From Blastocystis sp. Blastoise (taxonomy: Eukaryota > Protista > Bigyra: Opalinata), in assembly GCA_039096225.1 (NCBI GenBank), contig JBBPEB010000012.1:124001-188000 (forward strand): a stretch of DNA of 64,000 bases. Direction: 5' to 3'. The notes beneath the pieces were generated by a model, which ran no database searches, was not told the origin of the DNA, and worked only from the letters and a program-made list of their open reading frames with translations. A program made the position numbers and the translations under genes. Of the stretch, positions 1 to 15,000 are shown in pieces; position 1 is the stretch's first letter, and each line of letters opens with the position of its first letter.

Positions 1-3000
1 TTTGGATTCCTTTTGAAGATTCTCTTGAAGATTATTCTATTTCATTTTATATTAATACAATTCAAACATCTTCTTTCTTCTTTGGATTTCGTTCTGCTTT
101 ATATTTTAATAATGAAGGTACAAAAGATATTATTATTGAAAATGGTAAAATTGGTTTAAAACTATATACTAGTTCTTCTACTAGTCAATCTTTTATGTCT
201 ATACAATCAATTAATGATGATATATGGCATCATATATTATTTTGTTATTCTTCTTCTACAAATACATATACATTATATATTGATAATAATTTAGATTCTT
301 CATTTATAAATAATGATTCTTCTTCTTATTTAATTGCTCCTTATTTTGGATTTTATTTTATTAATGGATATACTCAATTTATAGGTAGTCATAAAGAAAT
401 ACGTTTCTATCATTCTATTCTTAATGAATCAGAACGTTTATCATTATATAATAATATTCCAAAAGAAATTAATATTCAAAGTAGTTATATATCTACTGAA
501 AATTCTGTATCAATTACTTTCTCTATTCAAAAATTATTAACTAATGAATTAATTCCTATTTATATATATATTCAAGAATCAATTCTTCCTATACCTTCTT
601 CTTCTATTATTATTAATGAAGGTCAATTTCTTTCTGTATCTAGTCTTGAAGAAAATAATATTATTTTTAATAATCTTAATAATGATACTATTTATTTTGT
701 TTATTTCTTTATTAATATGATTGATTATTATGTTATGACTGAAGAAGAAATTATAGAATATAAATTATCTTTAACTACTTTATCTACTTCTCAATGTCAA
801 CAATTTATATCTACTCAAAATTGTTCTCCATCTAATCTTATTGATACTACTAATGTTTATACTTGTTCTTCTATGATTCCTTCTACTATATCTGGTTATT
901 GTATTTGTAAAGATGGTAGAAAGATGAATGCAGTTACTTGTAATCATAATGAATTTAATTGTAATAATATATGTGAATCTGAAGAATCTTTTACTATTAT
1001 TAATAAATGGATTATGAGACATCATACTTCTTTTTCTTCTTATATTAGTGTTAATGATATTGTACCTATTCTTCCAAGACAAGTATATTTCTATGATTCT
1101 ATTAATCAAGCATATTCTTCTGGATCAGCACCTACTAATGTTGATACTGCTGAAAATTCTATTTTTACATTTCATTCTATGATTTATGCAGATACTACAG
1201 GTAGTTATAGTTTCCAATATAAAGTAGATGATCAAGTATATTTCTTAATTGATTCTTTAAATATAAATAATGCTGTAATTAATCAAAATACATATCTTGG
1301 TAGTTGGACATCTGTTAGTCCTAAAACACTTACAAAAGGTTGGCATAATGCTTATATTATAAATTATAATGGTGGTGGTGCTGGTGGTATTGAAATTCAA
1401 ATGAAAGGACCTAATGATAGTAGTTTCAAAGAAATAACAGGTCAATATCGTATGAGTACTCATGGTATTTTAGCTCAATATAAAACAGAAACATCTACTG
1501 GTTGTACTGTTAATTATTATGCTAATACTATGAATACATTCTTTACAAGTGAATTAATGATGGATTTATCTAATGAAAATGGTAATACATTTGGTACTTC
1601 TGGAAATAGTTTAACTGATAATTTCTTTGCTTCTTATACTTTTATTTTATATCCTACAAATACAAATACTTATACTATTAGTATAGAAGCTATTGATGGT
1701 ATTAAAATAAATGTTGATGGTGTAACTAAACTTACAAATAATGTTTGTGGTGAATATACTGGATCTTTTGATTTAAATCTTATAGCTAATACACCTGTTA
1801 TGTTTTTTATACAATATAGAACAAATGGTATTTCTCATAAATTAAAATTATATTGGAAATCTTCAGATATGAATGAAAAAGTCTTAATTCCTTCTTCTAA
1901 TATGTATAGAGAAGATTATAGTCGTTGTTTCCAAAGTGAAATAGATTCATTAACTTTACCTTATACTTATTTAAATAATAAATATGAAATCGATTGTCCT
2001 TCTGGATATAGTGGTAAATCGTATTATTTATGTTCTAATCCTAATGATAAACCATTTGCTTATGGTATATGGGGATCTAAACAATCTGAAAATTGTGAAA
2101 TTATTCCTATTTCTGATGTTACTTATCAAAATAATACTTTAAGATTACATCGTTATGAATCTATTACAAATATATTATCTTATAATGGTATAGCTACTTC
2201 TATTAATATATCTCCTTCTCTTCCTAATGGATTATTATTTAATGAGAATACTGGTATTATATCTGGTTCTATGTCTTCATTATTAAGTTCTACTAATTAT
2301 ATTGTGACTGTATCTAATTCTAAGAATTCTATAGAGATTATTATTACTATTATAGTAGAAGAAACTTATTGTAGTGGTGATAATTATCCTACTACTGCTA
2401 CTGGTGAGAATGCTATTGGTTCTTGTGGTGATAATACTTTATATACAGGTATAAAATCAGCTACTTGTGGATCTATATATCCTCCTATATGGACTAATAT
2501 AATAAATACTTGTTCTCGTAATCAATGTAATTCTATTACAACTGATTCTATGGTATTTGAAACTACAAATACAAATAGTTATGCTTCTATTACTTGTCCT
2601 AATAATGATGGTAGTATCATTCGTTTCTGTAATAAAGATATGACTTGGGGTGATATAGAGAATAATTGTGGTAAGATAGTATGTATTCAAGAAGAATATG
2701 AAGGATATATATGGCCTGCTACAGAAGTAAATACAATACGTTCTATTGCTTGTGGTGAAGGACTTGAAGGGAATCGTAAACGATCTTGTAATGTTTCTAG
2801 TAATGATAGTAATCAAGGTGAATGGTCTAATATAATTGATAGTAGTGAATGTATGATAGCTCCTGTTAATATAGATATATCTATTCCTACTTCATCTCAT
2901 GTAATGAAAGAAATTCCTATTTCTTTTGATTTCTATGGTCAAAATTATCATATTGATACAAATTCTATATTATTAAGTGAAGGTTGTTCTATTCAATCAA

Positions 3001-6000
3001 CTATTAATGATATTTCTATTTTACCTCAATATACTATTCTTATTCGTCGTTCTTCTGAATGTATAATTACATTTAATAATGGATTCCTTTTAAATACTGA
3101 AAATCAAATTCTTACTCCTCGTAGTCCTTTTTCTACTACACTTACTATTGCTTATCGTCCTATACCTGTTCTTAATGAATCCTATAATAATCATATTGGT
3201 TATGCTACTGAATTAGGTATAAATAAATATGTAGTAGATTCAAGAAATACAGAGAATGAAGCTATTCAACTTCTTACTGGTGGTCTTTCTTATGAAGATA
3301 AAGATATTAATACTCCTTATTCAATATCAACTTCTCCTTATTCTTCTATTGGTGATGAATTATCTATTTCTTTATGGTTTAAGATAGATTCTATAGGTTC
3401 AAAGAATATTCTTACTAAAGCTGGTACTAATGGTAATAATTATTCTATTTTTATAAATGATAATAATGAATTAATTATATCTACTGGTAATGAAATGGAT
3501 ACTTGTGCTTATTATAATACTAATGTAATTCTTAATATAGATACTTGGACTCATATAGGTTTTACTATGAAAACTACTAGTGCTTATTCTGGTACTAAAA
3601 CTATATATATTAATGGTGAATCTACTAGTTGTACTTATTCTTCTATGTATATATCTAGTCAATCTCCTGTTATTCTTGGTGAAACTGGTGGTATTACTGT
3701 TTCTGATTTCAAATTATATAAATATGTTTTAACTAATAATGAAATGATTGAATTATATAATACATTTGCTATTCCTTCTATTCGTATTACAGTTCCTTTA
3801 ACTACTACTTCAAATATTATTGATATTCCTATTGAATTTAGTGAATCTGTAAAGAATATAAATATAAATAAAGTATCTATTATGAATTCTATTGGTGGTA
3901 AAGATACTATTATGTCTTGGACATCTACTACTTTACCTTCTCCTTCTATTCATATTTCTTTCCCTATTTCTTCAGGTACTCGTACTTTAACTACAAAATT
4001 AATATTTGATACTGAATTTATTCAATCTATTACTACTGATATATATAATAAATATACTGAATATATAATTACTTATAATTCTATTGTTGAAAATCCTGAA
4101 TCTGGTTCATTTAGTCCTATATTTAATCCTGAATCTTCTACTAGTATGTCTTCTAATACTCCTATTACTTTCTCTTTTGGTCAAGAAGTTCTCTTTAATG
4201 GTAATGGTGTTATTCATTATTTTGATAGTGAACATAGTGATGAATATAATGGTGATATTCTTATTTCTTCTTTAGAATCTTCTCTTACTACTTTATATAT
4301 TATATTACCTGGTGGATTTGCTCTTGGACGTTCTATTCAATTCTCTATGGATAGTAATATATGTACTGCTTTAGATGGTACTCCTTGTCCTAATGTTTCT
4401 TCTGAAAATACTTGGATATTTACTACTAATTCTCCTTTTACTGGTACTGTTGTGAAATCTATTGAAGGTAATTATAAATATGCAGTCTTAATTAATTATC
4501 AAATAATATATAATAGACCTATTAAACATGTAGATGATACAAAGATTGAAGTTACAAATGCTGCTATATCTACGATTCACATTATGGATAATATTTTATC
4601 ATTTGCTCTTCATCCCATGTTTAACTCTGTTACTAATTCAATCGATATTACTATTTCTATTCATAATTCTGTTGCTTTGGATTTCTCGATTCCTTCTGCT
4701 GGTTCTTCTTCTACTTATTGGGAAACATTTACTGCTTATTCCACTGTTCGCGCATATTCTTTTAAACAAAATGGTCATAGTGATATTAATGACAAGTCAT
4801 GTTTATATATAAATAATAATGATAATTGGGTGAGTAATAATCTTGGCTCCATAACTAGTGCTTATCAATATTCTTCTACTACTCCTTCTTGGATATGTGA
4901 TAACACCGAAGATATTACAATTACTAAACCTATTATAGATACATCATTAACTATATCTTTTTGGTATAAAGTGTTGAAAGTTCAACAATCATTCACATTT
5001 ATCAAGAAATCAATAGATAGTACTCATATTGACTATCAAATTGACTATGTTAATGGAGAAATCAATATATATACATATGATCTAAGTAATGATAATTGTG
5101 TTACTGTAGATTCTCCTATGGATATAAACTGGCATAACCTTGTTATTTCTATGAAGGTCATATCAGAAACATCAGTAGATATTTCTATTTATCTTGATGG
5201 ACAATTATCTAATTCTCAACATAATATTCAAAAGAGTTTTTCTACTCTATATAATTCATTAAATATTGGTGATTATGGATCATTTATAATGTCTAAAGTT
5301 GAGTTTATTGCTTTAGAAATGACTTCCGAATTAGTTATGAATAAATATTTATCAAATTCTAAACCTATTTTATCGATCACATATCCTTCTATTATAAATG
5401 AATCATTTACAGCTATTATATCATCTTCAAAACCTATTACTGGACTCTCTTTACAATCAATAAACTGTATTCCTGAACGAAGTGTTATCTTAAGCTCATT
5501 CAACATTATTGATGATAGTCATTATTCTATTATTGTATCTCCACAACAATTTGGTATTATTTCTTTATATATTTATGAGAATAGTGTTAAAGACTCAGAT
5601 ATGTATTCTAATGAACAATCATCACTTTATTCCTTTACTTATGGTCATGATATATACCCACAATTTAGTCTTCTTGTTTCTTCTCCTTGTACTACTCCCA
5701 TTGTTCCATTTACTATTTCTATTCCTTTCATTTCTGAAACCATAAATATAAATGATATTAGTGCTTCTTATGGTACTTTATCTAGTATTTCTGTGAATAA
5801 TAATGTCTATAGCGCTACATTTAAACTGAATGATAATACAGATCGCAATCAAAATGGAATAATTATATGGAATAAAAATATTTGTGGAGTCAATCATAAT
5901 TCTCTTTGTCAATTTGAAATTCATTTTGCTAATATATTTGAATCATCTATAGCTACTATAACAGCTGCTCAAGAAGGAAATACAGAAACATTTTCATCAG

Positions 6001-9000
6001 AATATTATCAGCAACATCAATTTAATTCAGGTACTTCAAATTTTGCTATTTCATTTGAAGCTAATTGTGAAAATGATATATTACTTGGTGTACGTGAATA
6101 TCCATTATCTACTTCAAGTGTATATCCAACAATTGTTATAGGAGGTTCAGGTAATAAAGTATTACAAATTAGAAAGAGTCATGGTAGTTCACATACTAAT
6201 GTTGGATCCTCAAGAACAGATTTATCATACTGTGTTCCTGGTACATACATGAAATTCTGGTGGAGAATGCAAGATCAAATTATTACATTTGGTAAAGGAG
6301 ATATGGATAACAATCCATTAATTACTCAAAACTTTGGTGAAACTCTTCCTTATACAAATATGGTTGGTATTTTCGATAATTGGGGTACAACTGTTTATTA
6401 TAGAAACATACGTATCTACAGTATATCACCTTCTTTTATTCCTTCTCCTTATATTTATATGGATACCTCTTCATCACCTTATCAAACTATTGTTCAATTT
6501 ACACGAAATCCTTCAACTGTTTTATCGGAAAGCTCTATTCTTAAAAATAACGTTGTTCTTCATGATTTTACTGTTGTGAATAATAATTATTATACATTTA
6601 CAGTTGAACCTATTGCTAATGATAATGATATTAATGCAGTTATTGCTCATTCTATAGAAATTCCTAATGGAGCAGTTAGTTTTACTGAAAATGAAAATAC
6701 AGTTGTCAGTTCTTCAAGTACATTTGAAGTATATAGTACACATATTCAAGTTTCTTTAACTTGGAATAGCGATGAAAGTATTCATTCTTATATTATTCCA
6801 ATTACTGTTTCTGTTAATATTCCTGTTATTATTCATAAATCTATGTTTCAATTACCTAATGGTGGTGAAATCGTACAAATCTCTCAAACAGGTTATGGAG
6901 CAATTGTGTCTATTATACCTCCTTCTTCATCTCCTATCTCTGTTATTCTTGTTGAAAATGCTGTTGAAGGTTGTATATCTAAAATGATTACTATTCATAA
7001 TGAAAACCCATCTAAATTACAATATTATCAGGAAATAAGTGATTATTCCTATTGGTCAGATCAATGGATATCATATACAAATGATTATTTACGATTTACA
7101 TTTGAAGCTATCTCCTATGATGGTATACGTATAGGTTTTTCATCTACTAAAGGTATGACTACAGGTATGATTGAATTATATCTTGGATATAACAATGGAT
7201 ATACTAGTTCTTTAAGACAATATAATGGAAATACATGGAATGATATCAATATATTTAGTCATGATTCCATGATTGTATCTGGACGATTAAGTTCGTATTT
7301 TATTATATTTGAAAAAGAACATTTGATTGTAGGAAGTGGTAATCAATATAATCAAGATACAATAATTATTGATTATGAATATAATTTATATTCTCCAAAA
7401 TATTTTTCTTTTGCTTCTGGAAATTCATATACACTTATTCAGTCTATTAATCCATATACTATTGAAGTGAATCTTCAAGATATATTGATTAATATAAGTT
7501 CTCCTACATCTAATGCCTACTCATTACCAATTGTATTCACTGTTGTTTCTGATATTATTGTTCCTCTTGATTCTTGGAAGGTTTCTAATGGTTATTTAAT
7601 TGAAGGAAATGAACCTAAATCATTCTATTTATATCCATTCAAATCAAGTATTTCTTCTCTCTATTTACCTGAAAAAGTTATTGATACTGAATCTTTCCAT
7701 TCTAAAGCTACACCTATATATTCTTATTCAAATGGAGGTTTCTATCAGTCTTATATACTTCCTCCTTCTATATCAGGATTAACTGTAGCTCCTGCATCTA
7801 ATTGGAACTTAGAAATAACAAATAATGGCAATATATTATTTACTTATATTCCTGATGGTTCTTGTCAAAGTTTAATATTATTATTAGGAAGTACATATGA
7901 TACTATTGATAATAATTATTATCGTATTAATATATGTGGTATTTCAACTATTGAATATATTTATGATTCTACTATTATGGATAGTTCAACTGGTTCTTCT
8001 ATTGATTGTTCATCTTCTATTTCCTTTACAGTAACTATAACTGATTCTTCTATCATATTACTTAATTATGATTCTTCAATAACCTATGTATCTATAAATA
8101 GGAATATAAATATTAAAGTATTCTCATTTGCTCCAAGTGAATGTATTGACAATAATAAACTTACATCTAAAGGAAGACTTGAGAATATTATGATTCGTCC
8201 ACTTTTACCTTCTGTTTGGTATGATGATATGAATACAGTAAATAACTTTATTAAAGATAGTTCAAGTGGTAATAAGAATACATGGACAGCAGAAGGAGGT
8301 GTAGGAAGAATTCATTATACAAGTGGATTTGAATTACCTACAGGATCTAGAACTTCTGTAGATTATTATTCACATACTATTGGTACTTCCTGGAAAGAGA
8401 TTATAGTTTCTGTACGATTAAGTTCAAATAGTCGTAAAAATATAATTGCTTGTATAGGTATTGCTAAAACAAGTAATATCAATTGGGCTGCTGATGGTGT
8501 TTGTATTCATAATGATGGTGGTACTAAATATATTCGTCATCAACGTAAAGTCAGTGGATATAGTGATACTTATGTTTCATTTACAGGAGATTTTTCACAA
8601 TTCGTTGATTTACGTATTGTAAAGACTAGTGAAATATCTTATTCAACATATTATAGAGTTACTTCTACTCAAGGATCTTGGATTAAGATAGATGATTATA
8701 CTAATAATGAATATACAAATTTAGATCGTCTTGTATTCTATTCAGCTTTAAAACACGCTACTAAGTTTATCTTTATTTCTGATGATGATTATAGTATGTA
8801 TTATGATAATGTTTATATCTATCCAAAGGAATCTCATTTTGAAAATATGATTGGTTGTATGTCAACATTAGATACAATAAGTAATATATTAACAAGTAAT
8901 ACATTAACTTCTGATGAATGTAAGAATCATTGTTTAACTTCTCATTTCTATGGATTATATCAAGGTAACAAATGTATATGTATTAATAATTATTTAGAAT

Positions 9001-12000
9001 TAACTGGAGAGTTTATTGATAAGAAAAATTGTGATTCTATATGTACTGGTGATTCTTCTTATTTCTGTGGAGGTTCAAATAGTATTTCCATATATTCATC
9101 ATCAGCTGAATATACGATAGTTATTCCTTTTAATGATGATAGTATATGGAAATCTGACATACCTAATAGTAATTTAGCTAGTATTAGTTATAATGATGGT
9201 GTTTTAATACAGACAATTCATGGAGATACAAAGATTACTTCAAATAGTCGAAATAATGCTCCTGCTGTTTATATTCCTATTTCTAAACCTTTCATAAGTA
9301 TTATGTCAGTTACATTTGAATCTATTTCACAACAATATATTGCTGGATTTGCTGTTTATAATAATCAAAATGATTATTTTGAGCATCTTTGTGCTATAGA
9401 TTATTCGATATCATCTGAACCACATTTACAATATAAAGGGTATAATAAAGAAAATTCATTTATAACTATAAATAATTCATTTTTAAAGATATGGCTAAAA
9501 TATTCTAGAGACTCTGAAGGTATTTTTAGTTGTCAATATAAACTTGAGAATGATAATGAATGGAGTGATATATATGATGATACAACAGATACAAGTTATT
9601 ATGGTTATCGATTAGGTATTTTCTCATCAAGTAGTATTAATGGGAAAACAACTTCTTTTGAAGATTTTAGTATATCAACAGATACAACTAAGCCAATTGC
9701 TATATTATCTTCAGAATTGTCTGATACAACAAATGAAAGTCATCATATTATAACTGCTTCTTTTAATAAAGATATTACATTAAATAGTATGTATTCTCCT
9801 CTTTGCGATAATTGTGATATTGAACAAATATCAACACTTTCAAGTTCTTTGTATGAGATTGAAATAGTGATATTATCTCGTGGTACATTTTCTATTTATT
9901 TACCTACTGGATTTGGTCAAGATAATAATAAGAATCCATCTGAACAGTCAAAATCTATTCAAAGTCAATATATAGTTAATAATTTTGTTTCTTGGATTAT
10001 ACCTTCAAATAATATATATATAAATTCTTTAAAATTCACAATAATTGTTGTTTTTAGTATTCCTATTTCTCAATTTGATGGAAACATATTAGAGATTGAT
10101 AACTGTATTTATAAACAAACTTCTAAGATTGATTCAAATACCTATGAAGTTGTTTTTGAAACAAGTAAAACAGGATTAATTATGATATCACTTCCTTCTT
10201 CAAGTGTAGTTTCTACAGATTTAGTATATAATTTACAATCTAATATAGTATTTTTCTATTTCTTAAAACAAGGTTGTGAAAGTAATACTATACATGGATA
10301 TTTATGGCCTGCTTTGAATTCAGGAGAATCTTATAGTTATAATTGTGAAACTGGATATATTGGTAGTATTACTAGATATTGTTTAAGTACAGGTAAATGG
10401 AGTTCTGTAGAAGACACATGTAGTATATTAATGTGTCCAAATAATGAATACAATAACGATTATTGGCTTTCTATTCCTATTAATACTATATCTAATCATG
10501 AATGTCCTTTATATCATGATGGAACAATTTATCGTTCATGTATATATAATGAAGAAACAAATGATGCTCAATGGAATATACCTATTAATGCCTGTAAAAT
10601 GATTCCACCTTACAATATTCTTTATTCTACTTCAAATATTGTATTAAAACAATATCAAGAAATAGATCCTATATCAATAACATATGAAGGTATAGTAGAA
10701 ACAATTGAATTACTTGATTCTATTCCTAATACAATTCATTTTAATACTACAGATGGTAGTTTTAGTGGTTTTGTGAGTGATATTCTTCCATTAACGACAT
10801 ATACAGTACGTTTCAGTAATAGAGACAGTTTTACAGATATACAAATAACAATTCTTGTTGAGGGATCCTATTGTACTGGTAATGGATATGATAATACACT
10901 AGTAGCTACAAAAGGAAGAAAAGAATGTGGAGATATCCTTTATAGTGGATATATAGAACGTGAATGTTTAGCTTCATATCCTCCTGTATGGGGAACAGAA
11001 ACAACTGAATGTATACGAAATACATGTTCTACTGAGATAGATTCAGTATATAATATATTATGGGATAGAATAGAAACTGATAATACTGTATCAATAGATT
11101 ATTATGATGGTGGTATAGATAATTGTATATTATATCGTGACTGTGAATTAGATCGTACATGGAGTTCAATACGTAAGACATGTAATCGTATTAAATGTGA
11201 AAGTATAATAATATCAAATCCAAATGATAATAATGAAAGTAACATAGAATTACCAATAAAAGAAGTGAATGAATATTATAATATAAGTTGTAGAGAATAT
11301 TATAATGGTATAAGTTCTTATAAATGTGAGTTAAAACAATTAATAATAAATAATACTATTATAAAAGGTATAGGTGAATGGAGTGATATTGATAATAGTA
11401 AATGTATATTAGAGATTCCAAATAAATTAGAATATTCATATAAATATATAGAGATGGAAAAGAATACAATTATAGAAGAATTGTATCCTATATATGATGG
11501 TATAATAGAATCTTATAGTATAGAGCCAGAAGATAGTTTATTATTAAGTGGTTTAGTATTTAATGATGCTAATGGTAAGATAAGTGGAATTAGTAATACA
11601 TTTGGTGATTATAACTATACGATAAAAGGAATAAATAGTTCTGGTTATGTATCAACAACTATGAGAATACGTATATATAATAATAAATGCAGAGAAGAGA
11701 ATTGGCCTGAAACAATTCCTGGTCATACTGTATCTATATCATGTGATGAATATTATTATGAAGGTACATATGATCGCGTATGTTTATTTGAAGAAACTTC
11801 AATATTTACAGATCCAATAGATAATTGTATAAAAAAGATTCCTTACGACACTCATTATTCTAATAGTTATTATCGTTATTCTCCATCTGAAACAATCTTA
11901 TTATATCCATCTTATAAAGGATTTGTAGATATAATAAGAATTAGTCCTGAATTACCTGATAGTTTAAGATTTGATAATAAATATGGTATAATAAGAGGAA

Positions 12001-15000
12001 CATTACCTTCGGAATATAGTAAAACAGATTATACAATAGAGTTTATCAATGAGATTGGATCTAATTCAATAATAGTAACGATAGATATTACAAATATATC
12101 GTATGGTAATGTTTGGAAATATTACGATCTTAATAACAATGATAATGAAATAGTAAATAACTGGAATCAAGAAATCATAAATGAAGATGATTGGATAGAA
12201 ATATCAAAGAATAATTGGAATAGAAAATCAAGTACTAATCATTATTACAGATCAAAAATAATAATATCTCCTAATAATAATGTAATATTCTATATAAATA
12301 TATATAGTTTAGGTAATATAGAATTATATATAAATGGCAATCTAATAAATGTAAATAAGATAAATAATAAAGTATTACAAGATTCAAATAATCATGAAAT
12401 CAATATAAATGATAATGAAATACATATTTTACGAAATAGTAGAATACTACGTAGTGGTATAAATACAATAGCTCTTCATATATCACTAAATGAAGAAATA
12501 ATTGATCCATTATTATCTATAGAAATAAATGGATATAATAGTAATAATAATATGAATATAGGTAGTTTTAGTTCATCAAGAGATGTATATTCTGCTGACG
12601 AAGGGTTCAGTAAATTAATAGATGGTACGACAGATACAAAATGCTTATTAAAAGGTGGTTGTGCAAATAGTGATTTAATATATACTTATGATAATAATGA
12701 ACGCTATTATTTAACCAATTATTATTTAATCTCTGGTAATGATTGTAGTAAGAGACATCCAAGTAGTTGGAGATTAGAAGGTTCAAATGATAATTTTATA
12801 AGTTATGATATATTAGATACAGTAAGTGATAATAAATTTACAAGGAAATATACAAAGAAAGAATTTACAATAGATACTCCTGGAGCTTATAATTCATATA
12901 GATTCATATTTACAGAATGTCAAGGTTATCAAGCATTTTATGGTGGTGTTTGTTCTGATTCTAATTATCTACAGTTATCTGAATTAAATATGTATAGTAA
13001 TAGTGAATCATTTAATTGTATGAATGATGACATAATAAATAATAATAATGATTATGGTAATAGTTATGATGGCGAAATAAGTACAAAGAATTGTGAAGAT
13101 GGTTATAGTGGTTATATAGAATCTACTTGTGATAACAGTAATTATATTAATGAAATATCTCATTGTATGATTAATCCAGAATATAAAATAAGTTATAGTG
13201 AAACAAATGTAATTACAACAAAAGGAATATATATAAGTATTTATCCTATAACAAACGAAACAATAATTCTATATGAAATAGTTGATAATAGTTTACCTGT
13301 TGGATTATTATTGAATAGTAGTGATGGAACAATTTCAGGTAATGTAGAAGAAACTGGTAAACATAGAATAATAATATCTACAATGAATGAAATAGGTTTA
13401 ATATCTTCTGTAGAAATAATAATTGATGTAATGGGTTTTTGTAAATATGATAATATTGATTATGATACAGGTGACTCTATAAGAAAAGATTGTTCTGATA
13501 ATCGTTATGAAGGCTATGAAATTTATGAATGTAAATATAATGGAATAAATGAATGGGTATTTATTAGTGACACATGTATAATGAGAGCTCCAATATTTAA
13601 TTATGAAATAGATAATAATACAGTAACTTTGTATCGTAAACAATATGCATCAATTTTATCAAGATCAAATGAATACTTTATAGAGTATTTTGAGATTAAT
13701 CCTGAATTACCATCTGGATTAATATTTAATAGAACAACAGGTAATATATTTGGAAGTCCATTAATTTATAGAGAAAAAACAAATTATACAATTACTGCTT
13801 ATAATGAAGATAAATCTAATAATGTAATAATATCAATAACAATTCTTAATAAGATATGTGATGCTAGTGAAGATGGTAAATATGAAGAAAGTGTTGCTGG
13901 TACAAAGATAGAATTATTATGTCCTGAAAATGAATTATATAATGGTATAATATCTCGTGAATGTATAGATAATGATAATAGTTATTGGAGTGAAATTATT
14001 AATACATGTACTAGAAATACATGTAATAGTATAACTGAAGATGATGTTATATGGGATATTACTCCTACTGATACAACAGTAACTAAATCATGTGATGAAG
14101 GATTAGAAGGTAGTATAACAAAGAAATGTAATTTAGATGGTACATGGTCTAATACTATTAATACTTGTGGATTACCTTCTATTGATTGTACTATAGATAT
14201 ATCAGAAATTACTATTGTAAGATTACAACCTATTCCTACTTATACTATTACTTGTAATAAACCTATTACTACATTTACTATTAATCCTATTATTTCTGAT
14301 ATTGAAACATTATCATTTAATTCTGAAACTGGTATTATTTCTGGATATTATACTTCTGTAATATTTAAACAAACATATACTATTCAACCTGTTGGTTATA
14401 GTGGTAGTGTATCTTTATCAATAATTGTAAATGAATTATATTGTGATGTTGATGGTGAATGGTCTGAAACTGTTGCTGGTACAAGTGCTACACATGAATG
14501 TGATTCTCTTAAAGAAGGTAGTATAACAAGATTATGTAATAATGAATATCCTGCTAGTTGGTCTGAATCAATAATTAATACATGTGTTTATAAATCTCCT
14601 ATAATTAGTTATAATGAAATAAATTATATTTGGTATAGAAAGACATCAAATGTAAATATAATACCAAATATAGAGAATATAGTAACAGAATGGGTTATAA
14701 ATCCTACATTACCATCTGGATTAATATTTAATAATGAGAATGGTATTATAAGTGGTATTCCTTTAATATATAAATCATTAAATAATTATACAATTACTGC
14801 TTATAATGAAGATAAATCTAATAGTACAATAATATCAATAACAATTCTTAATAAGATATGTGATGCTACAGAAGATGGTTATGAAGAAACTAGTAGTGGT
14901 AATTCATTTAGTATTCCATGTGAAAATAATGAATTATATGAAGGTAGTATTACTCGTGAATGTATAGATAATGATAATAGTTATTGGAGTACAGAAACTG

